Both the position numbers and the translations under genes were made by a program. The notes beneath the pieces were generated by a model. The model ran no database searches and was not told the origin of the DNA. It saw only the letters and a list, made by a program, of their open reading frames with translations. From contig CAVZMH010000024.1 of assembly GCA_963776345.1 (NCBI GenBank), positions 1-64,000 on the forward strand: a stretch of DNA of 64,000 nucleotides. Direction: 5' to 3'. Shown one piece after another: positions 1 through 10,279 of the stretch. This stretch comes from an uncultured delta proteobacterium (lineage in GTDB: Bacteria > Myxococcota > Myxococcia > Myxococcales > Myxococcaceae). Within the stretch, counting starts at the first letter, position 1; each line of letters begins with the position of its first letter.

Positions 1-820
1 CGACGCTGCGCTCGGTCACCATCGGCGCCGGCACCATCACCGGCACCCGGCGCGGCCCCCACGCGCGGGCCGGGTCCGCCCAGAGCCAGCGCGGAGCGAT
101 GGGCATCTGCCCGGCCTGGTGGATGAAGACCCGCAGCCGCCCGAGCTCGGTCGAGCTGCCCGCGTTGTAGAGCGCCAGCGGCCGCCGGGTGTCGGTGAAG
201 AGGTGGATCTCCCGCGGCACGTGCCGGTGGCCGTGGAGCACCAGGTCGCAGCGCCCCTGCACCCTCTCCAGCAGCTCGCGCCCGAGCTGCAGCTCGCCTG
301 AGTACGGCAGCCGCAGCCGCTCGCTCATCCGCTCGAGCCAGCCCTCGACCGGCAGCTCCACCAGGTGGTGATGCATCAGCACCGCCACCAGCGACCTCTC
401 CGGCGCGGCGTCCAGCGCCGCGTCCACCTCGTCGAGCATCCGGCGGGTCAGCTCGCCGTGGCAGGCCCAGTAGCTCCGGTTGTGCTCGGCGGTCGAGTCC
501 ACCAGGACCAGGTACAGGCCGGCGTGCTCCTCCACTGCCACCCGGCGCCCCTTCATCAGCGCCCGGCCGGCGTCGTCGCCCACCCGGTCGTGGTTCCCCG
601 GCACCACCGTCAGCCGTCCCTGCCGGAGCAGCGGGGCGAAGACGTCCAGGAAGAGGGACATCTCCACGTCCCGGCCCTTGTGGGTGACGTCGCCCGTGAC
701 CACGACGTGGTCGATGGCCGACTCGACGAGGGCCTGGCAGAGCGCCCGCGCCATCGCCTCGCGCGCCGGCCCCTGCCCGAAGTGCAGGTCCGAGAGGTGC
801 GCCAGCGTGTGCACGGTCAT
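1..820 (-). CDS. Calcineurin-like metallophosphoesterase (CpdA/Icc-like), 3' end beyond window
   Basis: Manual minus-strand translation from ATG at 820: MTVHTLAHLSDLHFG...TGDVTH...VPGNHD...LMHHH...LHGHRH. The ATG overlaps the upstream TGA (ATGA). Confidence 0.85.
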   Translation of the reverse strand, partial: MTVHTLAHLSDLHFGQGPAREAMARALCQALVESAIDHVVVTGDVTHKGRDVEMSLFLDVFAPLLRQGRLTVVPGNHDRVGDDAGRALMKGRRVAVEEHAGLYLVLVDSTAEHNRSYWACHGELTRRMLDEVDAALDAAPERSLVAVLMHHHLVELPVEGWLERMSERLRLPYSGELQLGRELLERVQGRCDLVLHGHRHVPREIHLFTDTRRPLALYNAGSSTELGRLRVFIHQAGQMPIAPRWLWADPARAWGPRRVPVMVPAPMVTERSV

Positions 821-2034
821 GCCCCGAGATCTGACATCACCGCCGCGGCAGGACCGTGGAGCCGAGGCAACGTCTCGGAGAAGCCGGCGAGCGGCACCAG
901 ACGGCTCCCCGGATGGACCCGGAGCCGGTTGCCCCGCCAGACGACGGTCCGCGCGAAGAGCCCGTGGATCCAGGTGACGAAGAGCAGGAGGTCCTTCACC
1001 CACACCACGCCGAACGCTCGCCAGCTGAACAGCTCGCGCCGGAGCCGGCTGAAGGCCACCGCGTCGAGCGCCGGCTTGAGCACCGCGCAGACCGCCAGCG
1101 TCGCCGCCGCCCCCTGGGTCGGCCGGAGCGCGAAGCCGATCACCGCGAGCGGGATGGGGTTGAGCAGCGACTCGGCGAGGTAGGTGGGAAAGCGGATCGC
1201 CGTGCGGTGGATGACGCTCCACCGGAGGTAGCGCTGGAAGAAGTGCCCCACGCTCTTCTCCACCGCGATGTTCCACACCGGGAGGCTGGACACCGCCACC
1301 CGCGCCCGGAGCTCGCGGCGGATGCGGTTGCCGAGGGCGTGGTCCTCGGCGAGCACGTTGGCCACCGACTCGAAGCCGCCGAGCAGCTCGAGGTCGTGCC
1401 GCCACAGCGCCATCGACTTCCCGACCACCAGGCCCTTCCCCGCCACCCGCTTCGCCGCGACCATCCCCGTCGCCACGGTCGAGGCGAGGTGGACGTTGTC
1501 CAGGAGCGCGCCCAGGGTGCGCTGCCCCGCGCCCCCGACCGGGTGGGTGACGCAGGCCACGCCGGGTCGGGCCAGGTGCGCGGCGATGTCGGCCAGGTAG
1601 GCCTCGGGGACGCGCACGTTGGAGTCGCTGACCACCAGCAGGTCGTGCCGCGCGGCCCGTGCCATCCCGACCAGCTGGTTCACCTTGGGATTGAGGCCGA
1701 CCTCGCGCTCCTGCCGCACCAGACGCATCCGGTGGGGCCAGCGGCGCACCGCCTCCACCGCCACGGGCCAGGCCGGGTCCCCGGGCGAGCGGACACCGAG
1801 GACGACCTCGTATTCGCCCGCGTACGGCAGCTCGGCGAAGGAGGCGATGTTCGCCGCCAGGTCGTCGTCCGCGCCGCACAGCGGCTTCAGGACCGAGATG
1901 CCGGGCCACTCGGTGGGCACCAGCCCGGGACGGCGCAGGTGCCAGACCGTCAGGCCGAGCATCAGGGTCAGCGCCGCCACACCCACCACCGCCGCGGCGA
2001 GGAGCACCAGCCCGAGGGTTGCCATGACGGTCAT
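817..2034 (-). CDS. Ceramide glucosyltransferase / HpnI-like family 2 glycosyltransferase
   Basis: N-terminal TM helix; SVLKPLCG, NPKVNQL, VSDSN, GKSMA, LAEDH, RYLRW motifs; C-terminal VVWRG. Start at 2034 or 2025. Confidence 0.85.
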   Translation of the reverse strand: MTVMATLGLVLLAAAVVGVAALTLMLGLTVWHLRRPGLVPTEWPGISVLKPLCGADDDLAANIASFAELPYAGEYEVVLGVRSPGDPAWPVAVEAVRRWPHRMRLVRQEREVGLNPKVNQLVGMARAARHDLLVVSDSNVRVPEAYLADIAAHLARPGVACVTHPVGGAGQRTLGALLDNVHLASTVATGMVAAKRVAGKGLVVGKSMALWRHDLELLGGFESVANVLAEDHALGNRIRRELRARVAVSSLPVWNIAVEKSVGHFFQRYLRWSVIHRTAIRFPTYLAESLLNPIPLAVIGFALRPTQGAAATLAVCAVLKPALDAVAFSRLRRELFSWRAFGVVWVKDLLLFVTWIHGLFARTVVWRGNRLRVHPGSRLVPLAGFSETLPRLHGPAAAVMSDLGA

Positions 2035-2369
2035 CCGGTCGGGACGACAGTGTGGGCTGCGCATGGAGCAGATCCGAGGAGGCCCGGAAACACCTCGGTG
2101 CCACCCGTGGCGACCGTCCACTTTCCGCAGGGATGGGGGGCGGCTGGACGGCGGCCGGCGAAGTGGTCTGAAATCGCAACTGTCTCGCAGGTCGAAAGGA
2201 CGTTTCCCCGGTGCTTCTCGCTGCCACGTCGACCCTTCCGGTGTCCCCGTCGGACCTCCTCGCACCGCTCGTCGCTGCCGCGGCGCTGCTGCTGCTGGGG
2301 CTGGTCGGCCGGCCGGCGCCGGTGTGGGTGCGGCGCCGCAACCGCCGCAACCGTCGCTGACCGCTGCGG

Positions 2370-2909
2370 TCAGCGAAAGGGTCGCAGCACCTCGCCGCGG
2401 TGACCGGCCGCGCGGAGCACCAGCCCCTCGCGGGCCCGCCGCGCCGCGGACGGACCGATGAGCCAGCCCACCGGCTCGCTCCTCCGGCAGGTCTTCTTCA
2501 GCCAGTCCTCCAGATCGGCGAACCGGCGTCGGAACCGGTCCGGCGCAGCGTCCCGCCGTCCGGTCTGGGGCGTGACGTCCAGCTCCGCCCACAGCTCGCC
2601 GGAGACCAGGGCGCCGTCCTCGTCGAGCCGGGAGCGCTCCCAGAAGACCACCGGCGAGCGCACCTCGTCGACCCGCCAGTGCCCCTTGTCGGGGCCGCGC
2701 TTCACCCGGTCCACCAGCACCGGACCGAGGTCGGCCGCCGCGAGGTAGAGCTCGGGCGGAAGCGCGTCATACGTCTCCGGGCGCGCGAGGAAGGGCTTCC
2801 AGTCCGGGGGCACGCGCCGCGGGTACACCTCGTAGGGGGTCTGGGCGAGGAAACGGAGGAAGGCGCGCTCGTCCTCGGCGTCGAGCAGCGGTCTGAGCAC
2901 GTTGGCCAT
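2370..2909 (-). CDS. Hypothetical protein (179 aa)
   Basis: Globular composition, fills the gap between genes, divergent from the M32 peptidase; no motif recognised. Confidence 0.7.
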   Translation of the reverse strand: MANVLRPLLDAEDERAFLRFLAQTPYEVYPRRVPPDWKPFLARPETYDALPPELYLAAADLGPVLVDRVKRGPDKGHWRVDEVRSPVVFWERSRLDEDGALVSGELWAELDVTPQTGRRDAAPDRFRRRFADLEDWLKKTCRRSEPVGWLIGPSAARRAREGLVLRAAGHRGEVLRPFR

Positions 2910-2947
2910 CGGCGTTGCCCGCGGGGCGCCCGGGCGCGCACACTCCC

Positions 2948-4474
2948 ATGGGAACCGTGACGGATCCAGCCCTGGACGCGCTCCGCGCGCGCATGCACGA
3001 GCTCAAGGACCTGGGGGGCATCCTCGGCCTCATGACCTGGGACCAGGAGACCTACCTTCCGTCGAAGGCTGGGCCGGCGCGGTCCGCGCAGCTCGCGACG
3101 CTCCAGGGGCTCTACCACCAGCGGCTGGTCGCGCCCGAGGTGGGCGACTGGCTCGAGCGCGCCGAGCGCAGCGCGCTCGACCCGGCGACGCGGGCGATGC
3201 TCAAGGTGTTCCGCCGGGAGCGGGACCACGCGGTGCGCGTCCCCGAGTCGCTGGTGCGCGCGCTGGCCGAGGCCCAGTCGGCCGGGCTCGATGCCTGGCG
3301 CGAGGCCCGCACCGACCGCGCCTTCGCCCGCTTCGCCCCGGCGCTGGAGCGGCTCCTGGAGCTGCGGCGCGAGCAGGCCGACGCCATCGGGCACGGCGGC
3401 GAGCGGTACGACGCGCTCCTCGACCACTTCGAGCCGGAGATGACCACCGCGCGGCTGCTCCCGGTGCTCGAGCGGCTCCGGTCGGCGCTGGTCCCGCTGG
3501 TCGACGCCCTGGACGGCGCGCTCGAAGGACCGGAGGTCTTCGACGGCCGGCTCTTCGATCCCGAGCAGCAGTGGCAGTTCACCATGCAGCTGCTGGAGCT
3601 GCTCGGCTTCGACCTGCACGCCGGCCGTCAGGACCGGAGCATCCACCCCTTCACCGGGGGCACGCACCCCACCGACGTTCGCCTCACCACGCGCATCGAC
3701 CCGCGGAACCCCTCCCCGGCGCTCTTCGGCACCCTGCACGAGTTCGGGCACGGGCTCTACGAGCAGAGCTTCCCGCCCGAGCACCACCGGACCCCGCTCG
3801 CCGCGGCGCCGTCGATGGGACTGCACGAGTCGCAGTCGCGCCTCTGGGAGAACCTGGTCGGCCGGAGCCTCCCGTTCTGGGGATTCCTGTACCCGCGGCT
3901 CAAGGCAGCCTTCCCCGAGGCGCTGGGGGGCGTCGAGCTGGAGGACTTCCACCGCGCCATCAACCGGGTGCGGCGCTCGGCGATCCGCGTCGAGGCCGAC
4001 GAGGTCACCTACAACCTCCACATCGTGCTCCGCACCTCGCTCGAGGTCCGCCTGCTCCGCGACGAGCTGGAGGTGAAGGACCTGGCCGAGGCGTGGAACG
4101 CGGAGATGGAGCGCACGGTGGGGCTCCGGCCCCGCGACGACGTGGAGGGCGTGCTCCAGGACATCCACTGGGCCCATGGCGAGTTCGGCTACTTCCCGAC
4201 CTACGCGCTGGGAAACCTGTACTCGGCATCGTTGATGCGTGCGGCGGAGCGGGAGCTCCCCTCGCTCTGGGACGGGGTGGCGCGCGGCGAGGTCGGGCCG
4301 CTGCGGGAGTGGCTCCGGGAGCGGATCCACCGCCACGGCGCCTGGGGCTCCGCCGAGGAGCGGGTGCAGGCGGTCACCGGGCACGGGCTGACGGACGTCG
4401 ACTTCCTCGCCTACCTCCGCTCGAAGTACGGAGCGCTCTCCGGGCGCGCGCTGCCGGCGGCTCCCGAGCGCTGA
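2948..4474 (+). CDS. M32 carboxypeptidase (carboxypeptidase Taq family)
   Basis: WDQET, HPF, HEFGH (HExxH), HESQS, IRVEADE, LQDIHW, GYFPTYALG motifs. Confidence 0.95.
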   Translation: MGTVTDPALDALRARMHELKDLGGILGLMTWDQETYLPSKAGPARSAQLATLQGLYHQRLVAPEVGDWLERAERSALDPATRAMLKVFRRERDHAVRVPESLVRALAEAQSAGLDAWREARTDRAFARFAPALERLLELRREQADAIGHGGERYDALLDHFEPEMTTARLLPVLERLRSALVPLVDALDGALEGPEVFDGRLFDPEQQWQFTMQLLELLGFDLHAGRQDRSIHPFTGGTHPTDVRLTTRIDPRNPSPALFGTLHEFGHGLYEQSFPPEHHRTPLAAAPSMGLHESQSRLWENLVGRSLPFWGFLYPRLKAAFPEALGGVELEDFHRAINRVRRSAIRVEADEVTYNLHIVLRTSLEVRLLRDELEVKDLAEAWNAEMERTVGLRPRDDVEGVLQDIHWAHGEFGYFPTYALGNLYSASLMRAAERELPSLWDGVARGEVGPLREWLRERIHRHGAWGSAEERVQAVTGHGLTDVDFLAYLRSKYGALSGRALPAAPER

Positions 4475-4570
4475 GCGCCGGGGAGCCCGGAGACCGACGA
4501 GAGCCCGCGGCATCGCGCGCGCGGCTCGGAGCTCGCCGGGATGCGCGCCACGGTCGGTCTCGGTGTCCGC

Positions 4571-5377
4571 TCAGAGCTCGAGCACGTGCTCCGCCGAACG
4601 TGAGGTCCGGGCCGTGACCCGGACCCAGTCGCCGATCTCCGGCGCGCTGGCCGGGATGGGCGAGGTCCGGGAGCGGATCACCCGCACCCCGCTCGCGCGG
4701 GCGCCGTCCGGGTCCTGCAGCGCGAAGCCGAACGCCCCGGAGGCGCTCTTCCACCGGGCGACGACCACGCCCTTCACCGAGACGGCGAGCGCGGGCGCCC
4801 AGCCGCTCACCAGCTGGCGCACGTCGTCCGACGGTGGGGCAGGGGAGCCCGCCGGCGACTCCGGACCCTCGAGGCCGTCGCAGCTGGCGAGCGCGAGGAC
4901 CGAGAGCAAGGCCGTGCCCGACGTCCGTTGCTGCCAGATGCCGGAGATCGACGCCAGCCGGGCGCCCTCCGCCCAGCGAGAGCGGCACGTCGGCTTCGGT
5001 CCGAGGTAGGCGTAGGTGTCGACGGCGATGGTGTCTCCCTGCGCGTCGACGACGGCGAACCCGTCGCAGTAGCTCCCGCTCGGCACCGCGCAGGGAACCG
5101 TGCGGACCTGGCCGCTCACCTCGACGTGCACCCGCATGTCCGTGAACGGGCCGGGTCCGGCATCGGGCCGCAGCTCGGCGGCGGTGGCGGGGTGACTCGG
5201 CGGGAGCGTCCGGGCGCGCGCGAGCACCTCGATCCCCGAGCCGCGGTCCGGCGACCAGATCCCTCCATCGCGCGCGGAGGCCGAGGCGTCCTCGTCCGGA
5301 GACGGCGGCGTCTCGCCCCCCGAACACCCGGAGCACCCCACCGACCCGACCAGCAGCAAGACCGCGCAGATCCGCAT
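4571..5377 (-). CDS. Putative lipoprotein with OB-fold-like repeats
   Basis: Signal/lipobox MRICAVLLLVGSVGC; C-terminal GVVVA...GFALQDP...SGVRV...GDWVRVTA resembles the OB domains of extracellular nucleases. Confidence 0.6.
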   Translation of the reverse strand: MRICAVLLLVGSVGCSGCSGGETPPSPDEDASASARDGGIWSPDRGSGIEVLARARTLPPSHPATAAELRPDAGPGPFTDMRVHVEVSGQVRTVPCAVPSGSYCDGFAVVDAQGDTIAVDTYAYLGPKPTCRSRWAEGARLASISGIWQQRTSGTALLSVLALASCDGLEGPESPAGSPAPPSDDVRQLVSGWAPALAVSVKGVVVARWKSASGAFGFALQDPDGARASGVRVIRSRTSPIPASAPEIGDWVRVTARTSRSAEHVLEL

Positions 5378-5512
5378 CGCCTGCTCCCCCTGGAAAGGGG
5401 CGTAGAGCAAGGGGCTCGCCAGCCCGCTGGCGACTGCTAGGCTCGGGGACCCGGCCGAGGAGATGCTGGCGGCGGCGCTCGCCGTCCGCGAGTCGGGCCC
5501 GTGTCCCCCGAC

Positions 5513-5696
5513 CTCGAACGGCGCCTCCTCGCCTCCGTCGCGCCGCGGGCGGACCACGCGCCCGGTCCCGGCGCGGCCTGTCGCCGCGCGACCGCTTCAG
5601 CGCCGCGTACCCGACCTCGGGGCGCGCTCGGTCGACGCGGGCAGCCGGCGGATTGGACCGTGGTCTCGAACGGCGCCTCCGCGCCTCCGTCGCGCC
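5513..5696. repeat. Intergenic 32-bp direct repeat, 2 copies (5513-5544, 5665-5696)
   Basis: ctcgaacggcgcctcc(t/g)cgcctccgtcgcgcc, one mismatch, 152-bp period. Confidence 0.8.
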
Positions 5697-5761
5697 CCGC
5701 GGAGCCGGACGTCTCGCGCCTGCGCTGGTTCCCGGCGAACGGCCTGTAGACCGCGCGCGGC

Positions 5762-6904
5762 TCAGGCGTCGGCGAGCACCCGCAGCAGCTGCTCGCCGTA
5801 CAGCCGCAGCCGCTTCTCCCCGAGGTACGGCACGCGGGCCAGCGCTTCCAGATCTGCGGGCGTTACCGCCGCGAGCTGCTCCACCATCGGATTGGTGAGC
5901 ACCACGCTCGGCGTCACCCCGCGCTCGGTCGCCTTCGCCCCCCGGAAGGTCTTGAGCGCCTCCTCCCGCCGCCGCCGGCCGGGGTCGCGGGTCGGCGCCG
6001 GAGGAACCGGGAGCTCGCCCCGGTCGGCCGCCGCGCGCAGCTCGGCCAGGAGCGTGAGCAGCTCGTCGCCGTGCTCCCGCACCACCTGCCCCCGTACCCC
6101 CTGCGTCCGCGAGAGCGCCTTCTTGTCCCGCGGCGGCCTGGTCACCAGCTCCTGGATCGCCGCGTTGGAGAGCATCCGGCCCATCGGCACGTCCGCCGCC
6201 TCCGCCCAGGCCAGCCGCAGGGCGTGGAGCCGCGCTCCCGCCGCGAGCTGGAACGCCTGATCCGCCGGGGGCAGCGTCCGGGGGACCTTCATTCCGAACG
6301 CCGCCACCGCCGGCCGCGCCACGGCCTCGTCCGTCAGCCGCTCGCAGTCGAGCTGGACCTCCTCGACGATGTCCGCCACCACCACCGCCGCGCTCACCAG
6401 CCGCCCCAGCTCGGAGAGGTACCGCACGTCGTCGGCGATGTAGGTCCGCATCTGCGCCGGAAGTGGTCGGATGGAGAAGTCCGACTGCTGGTGCGCTTTG
6501 TCCAGCGCCACCCCCAGCCGCTCGGAGACCAGGTCCGCCAGCCCCACCTTGGGCCAGCCCAGCAGCGTCGCTGCCCGATGGGTGTCGAACAGTCCGCGCA
6601 CCCGTACCCCGGCCTCGGCCAGGAACTGGAGGTCGCCCTGCGCGGCGTGGAACACCTTGGTCCGCCGCGCGTCGCCGAACAGCGTGGCCACCGCCGAGGC
6701 CTCCACCCCGGGGGCCAGCGTATCCAGCAGCCAGATGTCGCGGTCCGTCCCGATCTGCAGGTAGCAGAGCCGGGCCCGGAAGGCGTGCATCGAGTCCGCC
6801 TCGAGGTCCACCGCGAACAGCGGCTCGGGCTCGAGCGCCCGGACCACTGCCTCGGTCCCGGCCGTGTCGGTCACATCATGGGTGGGCTGGTGGAAGGAGT
6901 TCAC
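5762..6904 (-). CDS. rnd: Ribonuclease D (DEDDy exonuclease + HRDC domains)
   Basis: [30 protein letters not shown] motifs; two C-terminal HRDC-like segments. GTG start uncertain. Confidence 0.9.
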   Translation of the reverse strand: MNSFHQPTHDVTDTAGTEAVVRALEPEPLFAVDLEADSMHAFRARLCYLQIGTDRDIWLLDTLAPGVEASAVATLFGDARRTKVFHAAQGDLQFLAEAGVRVRGLFDTHRAATLLGWPKVGLADLVSERLGVALDKAHQQSDFSIRPLPAQMRTYIADDVRYLSELGRLVSAAVVVADIVEEVQLDCERLTDEAVARPAVAAFGMKVPRTLPPADQAFQLAAGARLHALRLAWAEAADVPMGRMLSNAAIQELVTRPPRDKKALSRTQGVRGQVVREHGDELLTLLAELRAAADRGELPVPPAPTRDPGRRRREEALKTFRGAKATERGVTPSVVLTNPMVEQLAAVTPADLEALARVPYLGEKRLRLYGEQLLRVLADA

Positions 6905-6938
6905 GGGCGGGTCGTCTTTTACAGCGGAGGTCTCTAGG

Positions 6939-7748
6939 ATGCCGCCCGCTGTGGACACCGAAGCACGCCTGGAGAAGACCCTCCTCGGCCACGTGGGCCG
7001 GGCCATCGCCGACTTCGGTCTCGTCGCCGAGGGCGACCGGATCATGGTCGGAGTCTCCGGGGGCAAGGACTCACACTCCCTGCTCGAGCTGCTCCGCATC
7101 CTCCAGCGGCGCTCCCCCGTCCGGTTCGAGCTCCTCGCGGTGACCCTCGACCAAGGGCACCCCGGCTTCCCCGGCCAGCAGCTGGTCGAGTACTTCGCCG
7201 ACCAGGGCGTCCCCTTCCGGCTCCTCCGCGAGGACACCTACTCCATCGTCCTGGAGAAGACCCCGCCCGGAAGGACGATGTGCAGCGTCTGCTCGCGGCT
7301 GCGCCGGGGCATCCTCTACAACGCTGCCGTCGAGCTCGGGTGCAACAAGATCGCCCTCGGCCACCACCGCGAGGACGCGGCGGAGACGCTGCTCCTCAAC
7401 CTCTTCTTCGCCGGGACCCTGCGGGGCATGCCCCCCATCCTCCGCTCCGACGATGGCCGGAACACGGTCATCCGCCCGCTCATCTACGCCCCCGAGGCGG
7501 AGATCGCCGAGTACGCCGCGGCAAAGCGCTTCCCCATCATCCCCTGCGACCTCTGCGGCACCCAGGAGCGGTTGCAGCGCAAGCGGATGAAGCGGCTCCT
7601 CGACGATCTGGAAGCCGAGATTCCCCACGTGCGGAGCAGCGTCCTCTCGGCGATGGGCAACGTGCGGCCCTCGCACCTCGCCGACCGGGAGCTCTTCGAC
7701 TTCGCGGCCCTCGGAGCCGCCCAACTCCCAGAAAGAGACGCGGCATGA
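6939..7748 (+). CDS. ttcA: tRNA 2-thiocytidine(32) synthetase
   Basis: SGGKDS PP-loop, [24 protein letters not shown]. Confidence 0.95.
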   Translation: MPPAVDTEARLEKTLLGHVGRAIADFGLVAEGDRIMVGVSGGKDSHSLLELLRILQRRSPVRFELLAVTLDQGHPGFPGQQLVEYFADQGVPFRLLREDTYSIVLEKTPPGRTMCSVCSRLRRGILYNAAVELGCNKIALGHHREDAAETLLLNLFFAGTLRGMPPILRSDDGRNTVIRPLIYAPEAEIAEYAAAKRFPIIPCDLCGTQERLQRKRMKRLLDDLEAEIPHVRSSVLSAMGNVRPSHLADRELFDFAALGAAQLPERDAA

Positions 7749-8572
7749 AGCCCGAGACCGCCGGCACCACGCGGACAGACCGCAACGCCGCCCTCGTCGA
7801 GGTGATGCTCCTGGCCGCCATGGCCGACGGGCAGCTCACCGAGGGGTCGATCCAGGCGCTGCTCCGCCGCGTGCTCGAGCGGCCCGAGTTCGACGGCACC
7901 GCTCCGGAGGAGATCAGCGACCTGGTCGAGAAGAGCGTGAAGCGCCTCGCCGCCGAGTCCAGCCTGGAGGCCATCCTCCAGCGCCTCCGCGACCGGCTGC
8001 CCACCCACCAGAACCGGCTCCTCGCCTTCGGGCTCGCCGCCGCCATCGCCCTCGCCGACCAGCGCGCGACCCGGGCCGAGCTGGGCCTCCTCAAGACCTT
8101 CCAGGCCGCGCTCGGCATCTCCGAGGACGAGGTGGCCGAGCTGGTCGACGTCGTCGAGTCGGGCCGCTCCCTGAACGAGGTGCTCGGCGAGCCGCTGGAG
8201 CGCCTCTACTCGGAGGTGATGGTCCTGGTGACCGCTGCCGACGGGAAGGTGAAGCCTGCCGAGTCCCGGGCGCTGATCGAGTCGCTGGCCTCCGATCCGC
8301 TCTTCCAGGAGATCGACGCCGCCCGCGCCCAGTCGTACCTCAGCGACTCGGTGCAGGCGCTCAGCGAGCAGGGGCTTCCCGAGCGGCTCCGGGTGCTCGC
8401 CCACGGACTCACCACCCATTCCCAGCGGGTGCGCGCCTTCGGGCTCGCGGTCCGCATCGCCCAGTCGTCCGGCAAGCCGTCCGCCGCCGAGCTGCGCATC
8501 CTGGACATGCTGCAGGCCACCTTCGGGCTGGCCGACGACGAGGTGGCCCGGCTCCGGGCCGAGGTCAGCTGA
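7745..8572 (+). CDS. Tandem TerB-family (tellurite resistance-like) protein
   Basis: Two repeats with AMADG/ALAD...AELG and TAADG...AELR TerB-type patterns; ATGA overlap with ttcA. Confidence 0.8.
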   Translation: MKPETAGTTRTDRNAALVEVMLLAAMADGQLTEGSIQALLRRVLERPEFDGTAPEEISDLVEKSVKRLAAESSLEAILQRLRDRLPTHQNRLLAFGLAAAIALADQRATRAELGLLKTFQAALGISEDEVAELVDVVESGRSLNEVLGEPLERLYSEVMVLVTAADGKVKPAESRALIESLASDPLFQEIDAARAQSYLSDSVQALSEQGLPERLRVLAHGLTTHSQRVRAFGLAVRIAQSSGKPSAAELRILDMLQATFGLADDEVARLRAEVS

Positions 8573-8583
8573 GGGAGGAGCAC

Positions 8584-9414
8584 GTGACGATCCCCCGCAC
8601 CGCGTTCCGCTTCGGTCTCCCGCCCTCGCTCCCGGTCGCTCCGGTGCCGGGAGCCGCGGGCCGGCTCACCCGCGTGCTCTCCGGCATCGTGGGCCGGCCG
8701 GTGCGGCTGGTGAACTTCGTCGAGTACGAGGCGCTCACCGAGGCCCTCCGCCGCGGAGACGTGGATGCGGCCTGGGCCCCTCCGCTGGTGGCCGCGCGGG
8801 CCGAGGCGCTCGGCGCGCGGGTGCTGGTTCGCCCGCTCCGGCGCGGCTCGGTCCGCTCGCGGTCCGCGCTGCTGGTCCGGGCCGACTCGCCGCTGCAGCT
8901 CGAGACGCTGGGCGGGAGCATCGCCGCCTGGGTGGATCGAACGTCGGTCGCCGGCCACCTGCTCCCCGTGGCCTGGCTCCGGGAGCGCGGGCTGGACCCG
9001 GGGCGTCTCTTCGGCCAGCAGCTCTTCCTCGGGAGCTACCAGGCGTCGCTGGAGGCGCTGCTCGGCGGCGAGGCCGACCTGGCCGCTCTCTTCGCCCCGC
9101 CCGAGGGCGACGACCTCCGCCAGGCCGTGGAGGAGGTCGCCCCGGGGCGGGCACAGGACGTCCGCGTCCTCGCCTGCACCATGCCGGCGCTGCACGACGC
9201 CTGGGTGGTGGCGCCGCACATCTCCATGCTCGAGGCGCTCCGGCTCGAGCGCGGTCTGCTCGCCGTCCGTGAGCTCCCCGAGGGCACCGCCCTCCTGCGG
9301 GACGTGGTGCGCGCGGACCGGCTCGAGCGGGCGCCCGAGCTCGGTCACCGCGAGCTGTTCGGCCGCGGCCTGAGCGATGTGACACTTCCGTCACGGCTGG
9401 AAGGGTCCGCTTGA
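8584..9414 (+). CDS. PhnD-like phosphate/phosphonate-binding protein without signal peptide
   Basis: YEAL...GDVDAAW, AWVDRTSVAGHLLP, GSYQASLEALLGGEADLAA patterns. Confidence 0.75.
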   Translation: MTIPRTAFRFGLPPSLPVAPVPGAAGRLTRVLSGIVGRPVRLVNFVEYEALTEALRRGDVDAAWAPPLVAARAEALGARVLVRPLRRGSVRSRSALLVRADSPLQLETLGGSIAAWVDRTSVAGHLLPVAWLRERGLDPGRLFGQQLFLGSYQASLEALLGGEADLAALFAPPEGDDLRQAVEEVAPGRAQDVRVLACTMPALHDAWVVAPHISMLEALRLERGLLAVRELPEGTALLRDVVRADRLERAPELGHRELFGRGLSDVTLPSRLEGSA

Positions 9415-9947
9415 AGGAGCCCCGAGCGGCCTGCTACGTCAGCCACCCGACGATGCGTCTCCCCGGCAGCGAAGCTTCCCTGCGCTCATGGGCGGTGCCC
9501 AGCCTGATGGTCGGCGCCGTCGCCACGCTCGTCGACGTGGGCGTCCTGCTCTCCGCGATGCGCTGGCTCCACGCCTCCAGCGCGGGTGGGGCGATGCTCG
9601 GCGTGGCGGTGGGGAGCACGGTCGCCTTCCTCGGCAATCGCCGGTTCGCGTTCCGGAGCTCGGCCAGCGCGTGGCGGCCCGAGGCGTTGCGCTTCGTGGC
9701 CGGGACCACCGTCGGGATGCTGGTTCACGCCGCGCTGGTCCGGACGCTGGCCGACGGGGCCGGGGTGCCGGTGGTGCTCGCCAAGTTCGTGTCCGACGTC
9801 TGCGTCTTCACCTTCGGACAGCTCCTGTTGCTCCGCTTCTTCGTCTTCCCGGTGCGCCGGAAGCTCGAGGCGGTCGTCCGCGCCCGTGCGCCACGCTGGG
9901 ACGTCCCGGAGACGGGCCTCGAGGCGCCCGTCTCGCGCGTGGGCTGA
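9411..9947 (+). CDS. GtrA family membrane protein
   Basis: VGAVATLVD, FLGNRRFAF, RFFVF; four TM segments. Start may be 9452. Confidence 0.8.
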   Translation: MKEPRAACYVSHPTMRLPGSEASLRSWAVPSLMVGAVATLVDVGVLLSAMRWLHASSAGGAMLGVAVGSTVAFLGNRRFAFRSSASAWRPEALRFVAGTTVGMLVHAALVRTLADGAGVPVVLAKFVSDVCVFTFGQLLLLRFFVFPVRRKLEAVVRARAPRWDVPETGLEAPVSRVG

Positions 9948-9962
9948 ACGCCGGTCCGCCGT

Positions 9963-10157
9963 TCAGGACAGCGTCGGACTGGGCTCCGCCGTCCGGTCCT
10001 CGGTGCCCGGGAGCAGCAGGATGGCCAGCGCCCGCGCCTGCAGCTCGCTGCCGCAGCGGTACTCATGCACCTTCCCGTTCGACTCCACGCGGAGGATCCA
10101 CATGTCCTCGTCGCGGGTCACGGTGGCCAGCTCGGGGCTCTGGGGGACCGGTTCCAT
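9963..10157 (-). CDS. Small hypothetical protein (64 aa)
   Basis: MEPVPQSPELATVTRDEDMWILRVESNGKVHEYRCGSELQARALAILLLP...; preceded by a sigma54-like promoter. Confidence 0.6.
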   Translation of the reverse strand: MEPVPQSPELATVTRDEDMWILRVESNGKVHEYRCGSELQARALAILLLPGTEDRTAEPSPTLS

Positions 10158-10177
10158 GGGGCTCTGTTTAAGGTCGA

Positions 10178-10193
10178 AGCAGGCCCCATGCCG
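10178..10193 (-). promoter_or_regulatory. Putative sigma54 (-24/-12) promoter
   Basis: Minus strand CGGCATGGGGCCTGCT = GG-N10-GC, close to TGGCAC-N5-TTGC, 20 nt upstream of the ATG at 10157. Confidence 0.55.
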
Positions 10194-10279
10194 GAAAACG
10201 GGCCCCGGCACCCCTCGTGGAGACGCCGGTTTGCACGAGCCCGGTCCAGCCCCAAAAGGATGGTCCGCAGATGCTGCTA

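Noticed and set aside
5513..5696. CRISPR array
   Set aside because: Only two copies, a 120-bp spacer, a non-palindromic repeat and no cas genes.
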